DNA of 64,000 nucleotides from Candidatus Nanohaloarchaea archaeon (GTDB taxonomy: Archaea; Nanohalarchaeota; Nanosalinia; Nanosalinales; Nanosalinaceae), in the NCBI GenBank assembly GCA_042218075.1, contig JBDGRK010000003.1, positions 50,754 through 114,753 on the forward strand, given 5' to 3'. The stretch's first letter is position 1, and each line of letters starts with the position of its first letter. The position numbers were made by a program, and so were the translations under genes. Shown piece by piece: positions 51,701 to 59,957 of this stretch. The notes below the pieces were generated by a model. That model searched no databases. It had not been told where the DNA came from and was given only the letters and a program-made list of their open reading frames with translations.

Positions 51701-52783
51701 AACAACGAGTGGCAGGGAGTCCAGTCCCTTGATGACGAGGTTCTTCCACCAGCAATAAAGGAAATCTTCAAGACCTCTGATCAAGTTACTCCAGAGGAGC
51801 ACGTCCGGATCCAGGCTGCGTTCCAGCAGCACAACCACTCGGGTATCTCCAAGACATGCAACTTCCCTAATGAGGCAACGAGAGAGGATGTTAGAGAAGC
51901 GTACATGCTTGCCTACGACCTGGGAATCAAGGGCATGACAGTCTACCGCGATGGAACAAGAGATGTTCAGGTCATGCAGCAGAACCAGGAGAACACCGTC
52001 ACCGACATGGACACAGTGGATGCGATCGCCGAACTCGTGGAAGAGCAGGGAGGAGTTCAGGAATTCCTGAGCTCGGAAGAGTTTGTTGAAGCGACAGGAA
52101 TCGAGGAAGAAGCAGGCCTCCAGATTATCGAGAAGGAATCCCAGGCTGATGGCGCCGAAGCAGATCTTAATGAAGACGTCACGCAGGAGAACGTGGAGGC
52201 AGAACCCGCCCAGGCAGAGCCTTCGGGAACTGTCAAACACACCAAGATGGGCAACGGAGCCCGGGAAAGACCAAAGATGATCTCCGGCACCACTCAGGAG
52301 ATAGAGACCGCCTACGGAGACCTGTTCGTGACAGTGAACGAGGATGATGAAGGCGTCTTTGAAGTTTTCGCCAATCTTGGCAAGTCGGGAGGTTACACCG
52401 AGAGCTTCACGCAGGCACTTGGAAGATCGATCAGCCTCGCACTGAGAACCGGTGCATCAGCTGAAGACGTGGTAAACCAGCTGGACGACATCCGGTCACC
52501 GCAGATAGCATGGGACCAGGGAACGCAGATCCACTCCGTGCCTGACGCGATAGCCGAGGCGATGAAGCGTCACCTGAGAGGGGGAAGCACTCCACAGCAG
52601 ACAGTGGACAACTTCTCTGAATCGCCGGGAAAGACCCAGGCAAAGACAGAGCAGGAGCAGAAAGCCGACTCGGCCAAGATCATTGCCAACGGCGGAAACC
52701 CTGAATGCCCCGAGTGCGGAGGCATGCTAATCCTGGAAGAAGGATGCAACAAGTGCCCCGACTGCGGCTTCTCCAAGTGCTGA
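48719..52783 (+). CDS. nrdJ: Class II (AdoCbl) ribonucleotide reductase with intein, TSCPD domain and zinc ribbon
   Basis: [20 protein letters not shown]|CGEQPL, TIAPTGT, SKTCN. Confidence 0.96.
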   Translation: MTNVQQKTSFKLPVKRVTGETVEERLTENAHDRILPARYLLKDEEGNTVETPKEMFERVAKNVAQPDKEYDDIDYEDSWQEFYGMMSNLEFMPNSPTLMNAGAELQQLSACFVVHPEDDMDSIFNKVHDAAKIFQSGGGMGYPFHLMRPKGDIVKSTGGIASGPLSFQQVFDTMCGTIKQGGKRRGAQMGIMRVDHPDILRFIVSKRKEGNLSNFNISVGLTEDFMEAVKNDEEFELINPRTEESFEVSRKTAQFYNSDEEWYPEAAGSDQGKDDNFWRDFSATFSDEVNEYDIDLEVGEKMTLPARFIWECLVDGAWRNGEPGLFMYDETNDQHSIDVEEHPEHRIEATNPCVTGDSLISTEQGIFTAEELYEQRIATDIVVDSRLSDEKIKEASSVYKTGTKDVYRLETEEGFELRLTEDHRVMTEKGWKEARELEEDDEVHILDREGSFGRGGTLEEGRVLGWLVGDGQMKESEERAVLHFYDEDSEITSEFASDVNKIVRSPEGNADYEIGVQEISRREGHRQKLEAKEQRVRSKRLCELAEEYGLAEEKLQVPEKVFRSGEQLARGFLQGLFTADGSVQGTTEKGVQVRLSSSDEELLKETQQLLLNFGIYSKIYTERREEGSKEMPDGKGGIREYDIKAQHDLAISKENLEKFRQKIGFLREDKNQELEQKLSNYTRGPYQEKRTATVEYVEKDGHEDVYDLTEPETHSFVANGIVVHNCGEQPLENYEACNLGHINLSLLVEDQGDGMGLDWRQWTSENAGEYDFSSQEGLEEAMSDYLQEALRMDKFEEIAKKGTRFLDNVVTMSDFPLEEIEEKVSSMRKIGLGLMGFAQMLIQLGIEYGSDESIVAAKEIQRMITHFSVEESHRLAKVRGEFDHYEKSKWANPTEYSEWFRKYSGGMDPEEYEGGLKVRNHNMVTIAPTGTTSMIGNTSGGCEPIYQVAYFKNVAKDIQGEDMLVEFDDYFIRALEANDIDIEEVKQEVENLMRNNEWQGVQSLDDEVLPPAIKEIFKTSDQVTPEEHVRIQAAFQQHNHSGISKTCNFPNEATREDVREAYMLAYDLGIKGMTVYRDGTRDVQVMQQNQENTVTDMDTVDAIAELVEEQGGVQEFLSSEEFVEATGIEEEAGLQIIEKESQADGAEADLNEDVTQENVEAEPAQAEPSGTVKHTKMGNGARERPKMISGTTQEIETAYGDLFVTVNEDDEGVFEVFANLGKSGGYTESFTQALGRSISLALRTGASAEDVVNQLDDIRSPQIAWDQGTQIHSVPDAIAEAMKRHLRGGSTPQQTVDNFSESPGKTQAKTEQEQKADSAKIIANGGNPECPECGGMLILEEGCNKCPDCGFSKC
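49775..50893 (+). mobile_element. 373-aa intein with LAGLIDADG homing endonuclease
   Basis: Starts CVTGD, ends VVHN|C; LGWLVGDG and [10 protein letters not shown] motifs. Confidence 0.95.
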
Positions 52784-52828
52784 ACCTTCTGAAAGGTTCA
52801 CCATCATAAGCCATGCAAGGCATGGCTT
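52781..52828. repeat. Double hairpin after nrdJ
   Basis: TGAACCTT-CTGA-AAGGTTCA and AAGCCATGC-AAG-GCATGGCTT. Confidence 0.6.
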
Positions 52829-52877
52829 CCAAAATTTTCTCTCTTCTTATTTCTAACTACTATCGAAGAACCTAAAT

Positions 52878-52912
52878 TCCGGTTCAAATCCGGGTCCTGC
52901 CAATTGCATATA
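52878..52912 (+). repeat. tRNA 3'-end-like repeat R1
   Basis: TCCGGTTCAAATCCGGGTCCTGCCA-ATTGCATATA; no tRNA 5' half upstream. Confidence 0.8.
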
Positions 52913-52987
52913 CCTTGATTTTATAGGGTTCCCGAAACTGCCAAGAGATTCCAAAGATATCTAAGTATTTTATATAATAACTATTCT

Positions 52988-53509
52988 ATGCCTGAGAATG
53001 AAATTGAAGCAAAGGTTCTGGACATAGATAGAGAGGAAATTTCTGAAAAAATTGAGGATATAGGTGCAAAAAAGAAATTTGATGCTCAAATGAAGTCCAA
53101 GTTCTTCGACTTTCCAGATGGCTCTATAGAGAATAACGGCATATTAAGATTGAGAGATACGGGTGAAAGAACTTTCATTACTCGCAAGAAAGAGGTGAAA
53201 TTTGACGAAGCGAAGGAAATGGAGGAAATAGAATTTGATGTAAGTTCGAAAGAAGAAGCTGTAAAATTTCTTGAGTCTATTGGACTTGAAATAGTAGCAG
53301 AGAGTCAAAAAAGGAGAACAAAATGGGTTAAAGGAGAAGTTGAATTTGTTATCGACAAACTGCCTGAAATACCGCCATTACTTGAAATAGAGGCCCCAAA
53401 CCGAGAGAAGATGAAAAAGAATTTTGAAAAGCTTGACTTCGAAATGGAAGATACTGTAAACTGGGGAGCAAAGAAAACATTGGACTACTATGGAAAGCTT
53501 GAAGATTAA
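52988..53509 (+). CDS. CYTH-domain (class IV adenylate cyclase-like) protein
   Basis: EIEAK, LRLR, EEIEF, LEIE. Confidence 0.88.
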   Translation: MPENEIEAKVLDIDREEISEKIEDIGAKKKFDAQMKSKFFDFPDGSIENNGILRLRDTGERTFITRKKEVKFDEAKEMEEIEFDVSSKEEAVKFLESIGLEIVAESQKRRTKWVKGEVEFVIDKLPEIPPLLEIEAPNREKMKKNFEKLDFEMEDTVNWGAKKTLDYYGKLED

Positions 53510-53525
53510 TCAGTCTTTCAGTTCT

Positions 53526-53555
53526 TCCGGGTCCTGCCAATTGCATATCTCCACA
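53526..53555 (+). repeat. tRNA 3'-end-like repeat R2
   Basis: TCCGGGTCCTGCCAATTGCATATCTCCACA. Confidence 0.8.
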
Positions 53556-53596
53556 TTTGAAAGGGATACGGGAACTGCTAATTATTGCATCAAAAT

Positions 53597-54076
53597 TCAA
53601 AGCAAACTCGCTAGTTCGGATTGGAAATCTTCATAGGCTTCTTCCAAGTCTTCTCCAGTTCCTTTGTGTTCTGCTTGGCGCCCTATCTGTAGAATATATT
53701 CTCCCTCATTATACTCGGCTAATATGCCTCCAGTAATACGGTCAAAGTATATATCGGTAAGTCCGTCTGCACTATAAACCTTATCTGCAGGTTTTTCTAT
53801 TCCTAAATAATCCGCTCCTGCTCTACCTATTGCTGTGGGGATGCTTGGAGGACCTTCTATTTCATCAGACATCATTCCATGTCTCTTCATCTCTTCATTC
53901 TCTTGCATTGAGTTGCCTTCCGCAACCTTCTCTCCTACCTCAGGATTCTCTCTTCCTATAATATCGCCCTTGTAAAGAGCTATGACAACACCTGGAGGAT
54001 TATTTCTACCTGAAACAAGTGTTAAATCATCCTCCTTCAACGCCTTTTCCACACCTTTCCAACCTTGAGTATTCAT
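53597..54076 (-). CDS. Hypothetical orphan
   Basis: 159-aa ORF between R2 and R3. Confidence 0.65.
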   Translation of the reverse strand: MNTQGWKGVEKALKEDDLTLVSGRNNPPGVVIALYKGDIIGRENPEVGEKVAEGNSMQENEEMKRHGMMSDEIEGPPSIPTAIGRAGADYLGIEKPADKVYSADGLTDIYFDRITGGILAEYNEGEYILQIGRQAEHKGTGEDLEEAYEDFQSELASLL

Positions 54077-54171
54077 AAAAATTCATTCAAAAATTAATTT
54101 TTTATGAGTTTACCATAGTAAAATTATTCCGAATCAATTCCGGAAACTTCCGATTGCATATGACCGAATAT

Positions 54172-54261
54172 CGGTTCAAATCCAGGTCTTCGAAAATCCC
54201 TAGGATTTTCTGTTGTCAAGAAAATCTTTGATTTTCGGACTGCCAATTGCATATCTCCACA
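54172..54261 (+). repeat. tRNA 3'-end-like repeat R3 split by a double-hairpin insertion (54190..54237)
   Basis: CGGTTCAAATCCAGGTC[..]CTGCCAATTGCATATCTCCACA. Confidence 0.75.
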
Positions 54262-54277
54262 ATTGTTAATTTCTCAT

Positions 54278-54781
54278 TTATCGATAAATATTCGGTCCAG
54301 TAAGACATATTGACTTATCATCCGGCGTGGAGGGTAGGAAACAAATATCAAACTGAGTTTTCTCAATTACGAATATATATCGAGTTTGAGGATAGTGTGA
54401 AACATCTCTCGAAGTCCTAAGTATTGTTTCCTCAAAAACCATGTCTTCATTTCCTTCGTACTCCTCCAAAGCTATGAATTCATATTCATTATTATCCTCC
54501 GAATTTAGATCCCTCAGCATGGAATCTATAACTTCTTCCTCAGAATCAAGTTCAACTTCTCCTTTTTTGGTTTCTATAGCCGGATGATCCGGAGTTGCCT
54601 TCCTTTTAACAACCAAGTCTATATCAGAAGGGTTTTCACCTGAAACACTACTTCCTGTAATAAAAATAGGTCCTTGGCCGTATTTTTCGGTATAATTTCT
54701 CTCCAGGTAATTAGTTACATCTTGAAGTAAATCAAATTCGTCTTTTGACAAGGAGAAGTCGTCCTGACAAAAGTCTCTCAT
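54278..54781 (-). CDS. Minimal nucleotidyltransferase-fold protein
   Basis: FITGSSV...SDIDLVV, C-terminal FDICF. Confidence 0.65.
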   Translation of the reverse strand: MRDFCQDDFSLSKDEFDLLQDVTNYLERNYTEKYGQGPIFITGSSVSGENPSDIDLVVKRKATPDHPAIETKKGEVELDSEEEVIDSMLRDLNSEDNNEYEFIALEEYEGNEDMVFEETILRTSRDVSHYPQTRYIFVIEKTQFDICFLPSTPDDKSICLTGPNIYR

Positions 54782-54873
54782 AAATCTTCATACAAACAAA
54801 AAATTGTTTATACATTGTTACTTTACAATAGCTTCTAAGATTGAGTAATCCTCTGATTGAAATACAAAAATTT

Positions 54874-54915
54874 CCCAATTACATATCTATTGATTCCGGT
54901 CCAAATCCAGATCCT
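54874..54915 (+). repeat. Degenerate tRNA 3'-end-like repeat R4
   Basis: CCCAATTACATATCT followed by TTCCGGTCCAAATCCAGATCCT. Confidence 0.55.
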
Positions 54916-54936
54916 TAGATGATTCTTGGAAATTTT

Positions 54937-55257
54937 CTAAATTTCTATATCAGCTACAACCATCAGGTGATCGGAAAGGTTGGACTGGACGAGTTCGGTT
55001 GAGTTGCATTCGATCTCTTCCTGAAGTTTTTTAGCCACCTCATCAAGCGGCTCACCGGAAGAAGATCCAATGTCAAGAACTGTAAACTCTCCACTTTTGT
55101 TTTCCAGCAAATCCCTGAGACCTGTGTAGATCAGGTGATCAACGCTTTCTGGATTCACATACTGATCTCTAGAAGTGGTCATATGAGGATAGATTCCATT
55201 CTCCATTGATTTCCTGAATTCCTCACGATCCATTACTAGATAGTTCTCTGTTGCCAC
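54937..55257 (-). pseudogene. Truncated SAM-methyltransferase-like fragment
   Basis: TVLDIGSSSGE motif I; ORF ends shortly afterwards. Confidence 0.5.
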
Positions 55258-55279
55258 AGATACCTGTTAAACTAAAGAA

Positions 55280-56215
55280 TTAAATTTTCGAAAAAACATC
55301 CATTATCTCTTCACCGTATAACTCTTTCTCTCGCTCATCCATTCCTTTTAGTTCTATTATACCAGCCACCAGTCTCACTAATGTATCGAAGCGGTATAGA
55401 GATTCGTTTTTCTCAAAAGAAGCATCCAGTTCCCTGACCTCGCTGTATCCATTGTAAAGTGCCTCTCTGATGTCCCAGTTCGCGCCGATATCATGCATCC
55501 AGAAACCGTTTGCCGCTTTTACCAGATCTCTCTGGGCGTGACCTGAGTAGACATAATCCCAGTCCAGCACCGCCGTCAGTTCTCCATTTTTGAAGAGAAG
55601 ATTGTCAGGAGTGTAATCGTTGTGCAGCAGAACCGGTGTAAATTCTCTTGGTAAATCATCTCCTCTCTTCTCCACGAACTTTTCAATTGCATCAACAACC
55701 GAATCCATTCTTTCCCGTCGGTAGATTTCCTTCTTCTCCCTCAGCTTCTTCAGAATCCTCTCGCTCAAATCTTCGGAATCCGGAAAACCGTATTCCTTGA
55801 TTCCTTCGTTTTCAAATCCTATCCAGCCGGACGTCTCAAAACTTTTTGAGTTGTGAATTTTAGCAAGATACTTTCCCGCAGTTCTAACGTTTTCCGGTGA
55901 AAGATCGTTCTTCAGGCTTTCACCTTTTATTTCTCTAACTATAATGTAGCTGAAGTCTCCATAATCCTTTATTTCTTCAGTAAATACCTCAGGAACTGGA
56001 ATATCTGAATTCTGGAAATACCTGTAGCAGTTGAGGCAGTGAGAGAGGTCGCTGTTTTCCTCTTCCTCACCGAGAGGCGAAAGCTGGATAATGTAAGAAC
56101 TATCAGCGATGTCAATCCTGAAACTTTTGTGGATCAGACCAGTGCTTATCTCTTCTATACTCTCAGCATGTTCTACTAAGTCTTCATCTAAAATTTCTTT
56201 TATCCTATCTTTCAT
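55280..56215 (-). CDS. APH-family phosphotransferase (paralog of 14708)
   Basis: LLHNDYTPDNLL, VLDWD. Confidence 0.88.
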   Translation of the reverse strand: MKDRIKEILDEDLVEHAESIEEISTGLIHKSFRIDIADSSYIIQLSPLGEEEENSDLSHCLNCYRYFQNSDIPVPEVFTEEIKDYGDFSYIIVREIKGESLKNDLSPENVRTAGKYLAKIHNSKSFETSGWIGFENEGIKEYGFPDSEDLSERILKKLREKKEIYRRERMDSVVDAIEKFVEKRGDDLPREFTPVLLHNDYTPDNLLFKNGELTAVLDWDYVYSGHAQRDLVKAANGFWMHDIGANWDIREALYNGYSEVRELDASFEKNESLYRFDTLVRLVAGIIELKGMDEREKELYGEEIMDVFSKI

Positions 56216-56245
56216 CTGTATAATTTACCTAGAGAATCAATAATT

Positions 56246-56772
56246 TCAAACCCATCTTTCCAGGTCTATAAGTGCCATTGTCATTGCATCATTTATCACC
56301 GTATCTCCACCTTCATCGGTTAGATCTGTTATTTCAGGCAAAACATCTGCGATTACCTCTGCGGAATCAGCTTCATACCTGAAATCTTCCTCATTGCTGA
56401 AAACGCTCACCGTGTAGGATTTATCCGGGAATCTAGGGCTTGAATAATTCCTCCACAGAGCTCCGTAGCTGTCTCCAATATACTTGAGAACATTCAACTC
56501 TGATTCATCGACTTCAGCATTCAGCGGAAGATAATTCTCTCCATCTGGAGAGTAATAGATTGATCCTCTCTCCGGGTAGTGCAGATTGAAAAGTTCTATT
56601 ACTTCCAATCCTGCGGTATCCGTACCGGTGAAAATATTGAAACCTCCGGGTTCAGTGTCTTCTCCCCATTATCCGAGAAATCAGCCACTACGTAGCTTCC
56701 ACGATCGTCATAAAGCCTCTCACATTCATCCAGGTATGTGAATCGATTCTCAATTAATCTTTCAGTACTCAC
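56246..56772 (-). pseudogene. Frameshifted hypothetical gene
   Basis: GTG at 56772 gives MSTERLIENRF...; a frame change near the GGGG run at about 56665 joins the frame of ORF 56246..56608. Confidence 0.5.
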
Positions 56773-56871
56773 ATATACAGATTAGATATAAAATTTATCA
56801 TGCTAGAGCTGCTGGGGATCCTCAAGAATGCAGTTACAATTTTTTATTACTTTAGTCATATAACAATAATT

Positions 56872-57498
56872 ATGGACGGAAAGCCTTTCCCAGATCCTAT
56901 TGTAAAGCAAAATTCTGAACTTCAAAGAACGGAATATGATGAAGAGAAAGGAGTTTACAGGCTCGTTTATCAAGTATCAAAAGACTTAGATCTTGATGAG
57001 AGTGACTTTGATCGTACGGAATCTCTATTTATACCGGACTCTAATCAAATTTTTGTAGAGTTCTCTGATGGCAACCAGGCTGTAAAATATCACTTTCAGG
57101 AGTTCGGGGAAACAAAAACTTGGAATGATCCTGATACAAGAGAAATAGACCTTTTGATCGGATCCTTACATGATATAGCCAGAAGGAGGATGGCTAATGA
57201 TTCTGAAGAGTTCTTCAGTCATAGTGTTGGAGGGCTTGAAGACAGGGAAACAAATGAGAGATATGATCTTATCGAATTGGCAAATTGTACAAATCCAGAG
57301 AATGCAGAAATTATGGATGCAGTTCTTGAAGATGTAATGGAAAGATATGCTGAGAGACTTTCAAAAGAGGTAATAGCCAGAAATTATTCTCCTGAAGATT
57401 CAGGGATTGAAATTAGTGGAGAAAGCGGTAGAGAGTACCATGATTTTTCTTTAGATCCATTTGATGTACCAGATGTTGAAGATAAATGGATTGAATAA
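56872..57498 (+). CDS. Hypothetical orphan
   Basis: Acidic AT-rich ORF. Confidence 0.65.
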   Translation: MDGKPFPDPIVKQNSELQRTEYDEEKGVYRLVYQVSKDLDLDESDFDRTESLFIPDSNQIFVEFSDGNQAVKYHFQEFGETKTWNDPDTREIDLLIGSLHDIARRRMANDSEEFFSHSVGGLEDRETNERYDLIELANCTNPENAEIMDAVLEDVMERYAERLSKEVIARNYSPEDSGIEISGESGREYHDFSLDPFDVPDVEDKWIE

Positions 57499-57651
57499 AT
57501 CCCGATCTTAAAGTATGCTCGAACAGATCTCGCAAGATTGGGAATGCAGTTACAATAAAGCGGATTATTGCCGGATTTTTTTCTCTGATCAATGGATTTG
57601 GGATCATGAAAGACTGACAAAAACTTAAGATTTTATCGGTAAGTAACAATT

Positions 57652-58494
57652 ATGTCTGTCACGGTTGAGTCTTTCAGGGATGAGTTTGAGAAAGTCAAGC
57701 CGGTGCTGATGCAGCTTTTCGATGTTGAATCTGGGAATCTAATATATGAAGAACCTGATATTGAGACACTTGAAGAATTTGATGAGAATCGAGATCCTGA
57801 AGAAGAGAGTGTCGTATTCTATGATGGGAATTCAAACAAATTTGTAGTAAATGAACGGTACGATGAAACTGATTGCTTTATAGAAATAAATGAATCGAAT
57901 ATTAGCTGTGTAGCCGGAGAGGAATGTGTCCACTGGCTGAGACAATCACTTGGAGCAGCTATCAATAAATTCATGGATATTCCCAAACCGAGCAGGATGG
58001 AGATAGTGGAGGGTAAGAATTTATCTGAAGAAAGCATTGAATTGGCGAATAGAATCTATCCGGATAAAAAAGTCTTAACCTATAGTGAATACAAGAGAAC
58101 TATATCTCAGGCCAATACAGAGATTTATATGAAGGGATGTACCGTAGATGAATTCGTTGGCAGGCTTGGTGGAATTGTTGCAGCAGAAGCTTTCGCTGGT
58201 GAAGTTGTGCCGCCGGATTTAGAATCCTGGGATTTAGAAGAATCATCATTTATTAAGTCCCGATCCTGTTCCGAGGTTAGAAGGAAAATGTGGAATGAGA
58301 ACCTTGAAAGATTTCTGGATGAGTTAGACCACTTTTGGGACGAAATTGCCCATTTGGCAGGTTATCGGGCTGCGGATGAAAATTATGAAGACGCAATCGA
58401 TCACAACGGTATTCTCGCTAAATCACCTGTGGATCTCTGGAATGAATACAATCTGTCAAGATACGAGGAAGAAGCAATAAGGGAGTTAAGATAA
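57652..58494 (+). CDS. Orphan with zincin-like EExxH motif
   Basis: VAGEECVHWL followed by VDEFVG. Confidence 0.6.
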   Translation: MSVTVESFRDEFEKVKPVLMQLFDVESGNLIYEEPDIETLEEFDENRDPEEESVVFYDGNSNKFVVNERYDETDCFIEINESNISCVAGEECVHWLRQSLGAAINKFMDIPKPSRMEIVEGKNLSEESIELANRIYPDKKVLTYSEYKRTISQANTEIYMKGCTVDEFVGRLGGIVAAEAFAGEVVPPDLESWDLEESSFIKSRSCSEVRRKMWNENLERFLDELDHFWDEIAHLAGYRAADENYEDAIDHNGILAKSPVDLWNEYNLSRYEEEAIRELR

Positions 58495-58499
58495 ATCAA

Positions 58500-58823
58500 C
58501 TAATAGAGATTGCCTCCAACTGGAACCTCTTGATCAGGCGAAACAAGCACAGGATTTCCGTCCTCGTCAGGAACTCCAAGCGTCAGTACTTCTGACTTGA
58601 AACCCGCGATCCTCACCTCTCCAAGATCCGTTACACAAAGAACTTGTTGCCCCTCAACTTCCTCAACTGTATGATTGTATCCAAGCTGGGCTGCACTCTG
58701 CACCTCTCTATTTCCAAGATCCAGCCATAACTTGAACATCTCCGGTTTTCTTGCCTCCTCGAACTTTGCAGCTCTTTCCACTTTTCCAACCTTTATCTCG
58801 TTTTCAAGTGCCGAATCTGTCAT
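58500..58823 (-). CDS. csaA: CsaA/Trbp111 tRNA-binding protein
   Basis: IKVGKV, SAAQL, IAGFKSEVLTLG. Confidence 0.9.
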   Translation of the reverse strand: MTDSALENEIKVGKVERAAKFEEARKPEMFKLWLDLGNREVQSAAQLGYNHTVEEVEGQQVLCVTDLGEVRIAGFKSEVLTLGVPDEDGNPVLVSPDQEVPVGGNLY

Positions 58824-58874
58824 GAATACTTGAGTGAACCAAAATTTTTTCTATTTAAATCTTAAATATAACTT

Positions 58875-59273
58875 ATGAGCGAAGTAGAGACCGAAAAACG
58901 AATTGAGAACAGTAATTCAATTACTCTGGAGGATTGCGGCAGGTTTCTGGATTACTACAGATTCTATGATCGACTCTCGAGGATATTCGACACAGAGGAA
59001 AAGGAAAGATGCAGCCCGGACTCCCGGAACTACAATGTAAGTCCAGAATATGTTCAAGAATTGCGGAAAAATACCATTGGCAATGATCAAGAACTTGAGG
59101 AACTGATTCCGAAGAATGAGTGCTTTGACATAAACGATTTTAGGAGGGTAAGGAGTTACTGCTGGGAACAGATAGATATAGATTTTAAGAAAGAGAAAGA
59201 ACTCTACAGGAAAATCTCGGGAATTACAGGTTTCTATCGCCACCCCAAGAAAGATGGGGGAACTGGGATTTGA
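58875..59273 (+). CDS. Hypothetical orphan ending inside a tRNA-Trp 3' duplicate
   Basis: Last codons GGTGI* come from the repeat. Confidence 0.55.
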   Translation: MSEVETEKRIENSNSITLEDCGRFLDYYRFYDRLSRIFDTEEKERCSPDSRNYNVSPEYVQELRKNTIGNDQELEELIPKNECFDINDFRRVRSYCWEQIDIDFKKEKELYRKISGITGFYRHPKKDGGTGI

Positions 59274-59277
59274 ACCC
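59255..59277 (-). repeat. 23-bp exact duplicate of tRNA-Trp 3' end
   Basis: TGGGGGAACTGGGATTTGAACCC identical to 59333..59355. Confidence 0.9.
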
Positions 59278-59332
59278 GTCGAAAACTCCCGGAGTTTTCT
59301 CGAGGCTATCAAATCCCGAATAGAGAGAAATT

Positions 59333-59575
59333 TGGGGGAACTGGGATTTGAACCCAGATCGTCGGATATCTCCGATACAGCCAATAAAAGGCCCATATCC
59401 GTGTTCTAATCATCAGGTCGAAGATCAAAGATCTTCTCAAACTGTCACGCTAAGCGAGACAGTATCCTTCATAACTCCAGTACCAAGATCGGTTGCTCTG
59501 CAACCGTTCCGGATCGCGGACTGATCCCTGGCAGTCCCTGGAGTCCGATATGATACCAGGTTACACCATTCCCCC
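59333..59575 (-). tRNA. tRNA-Trp(CCA) with 170-nt intron (59368..59537)
   Basis: GGGGGAA acceptor, TCGGA-CTCCAG^A-TCCGA, BHB with CTCC/GGAG helix, GGTTCAAATCC. Confidence 0.93.
59368..59537 (-). ncRNA. Intron-encoded box C/D guide RNA
   Basis: Guide CTGGAGTT+ATGA targets C34 by the N+5 rule; CTGATGA box; second antisense CGGATAT to U39 region. Confidence 0.65.
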
Positions 59576-59624
59576 GAATATTCTGGATTGACCCGTACAT
59601 ACTTTTAACTCTTCAATCTTCAGG

Positions 59625-59918
59625 TCAGGCGAAGGAGAGAACGGTCGCAAGGTAGGATCCTGCCAGTATCGCGCTCATAAGAGTGACCATGGCTATTATC
59701 TCCATGAAGTTGCTCCAGTCATCCTCAAGCATCTCTCCAATACCGGAAGCTATCAGGGTTATGGCGGCCAGCATGGCAACACCCAGCAGTGTTCCGGCGT
59801 AGGATGGAAATTTTAGCAGGCTGACAGCAGAAAGAACCACGAAGCCATAGAAAAGCGGCTTGGACATCTCAATCATTCTGTCCTTGTCAACCTCGATTCT
59901 GGTTTCCATCTCTTTCAC
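59625..59918 (-). CDS. Small membrane protein
   Basis: Three TM segments. Confidence 0.7.
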   Translation of the reverse strand: MKEMETRIEVDKDRMIEMSKPLFYGFVVLSAVSLLKFPSYAGTLLGVAMLAAITLIASGIGEMLEDDWSNFMEIIAMVTLMSAILAGSYLATVLSFA

Positions 59919-59957
59919 AAAGTTAAATTAATTTCTTCCTGTATTAAAACTACCGGA

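Noticed and set aside
51428-52240. Long antisense ORFs (also 1362..2045, 25696..26361 and others)
   Set aside because: Shadow frames of strongly biased coding genes; Ser/Phe/Leu-rich, no motifs
52830-52902. Intact tRNA, or the 3' half of a split tRNA, at R1
   Set aside because: No D-arm, anticodon arm or complementary leader upstream; only T-arm and acceptor 3' strand are present
54237-54245. GGACTGCCA identical to the start of the tRNA-Trp intron
   Set aside because: Only 9 nt, largely explained by the CTGCCA of the repeat
52878-54915. CRISPR array interpretation of the repeats
   Set aside because: Spacing is 600-700 bp with whole genes between copies, the repeat is tRNA-like, and there are no cas genes
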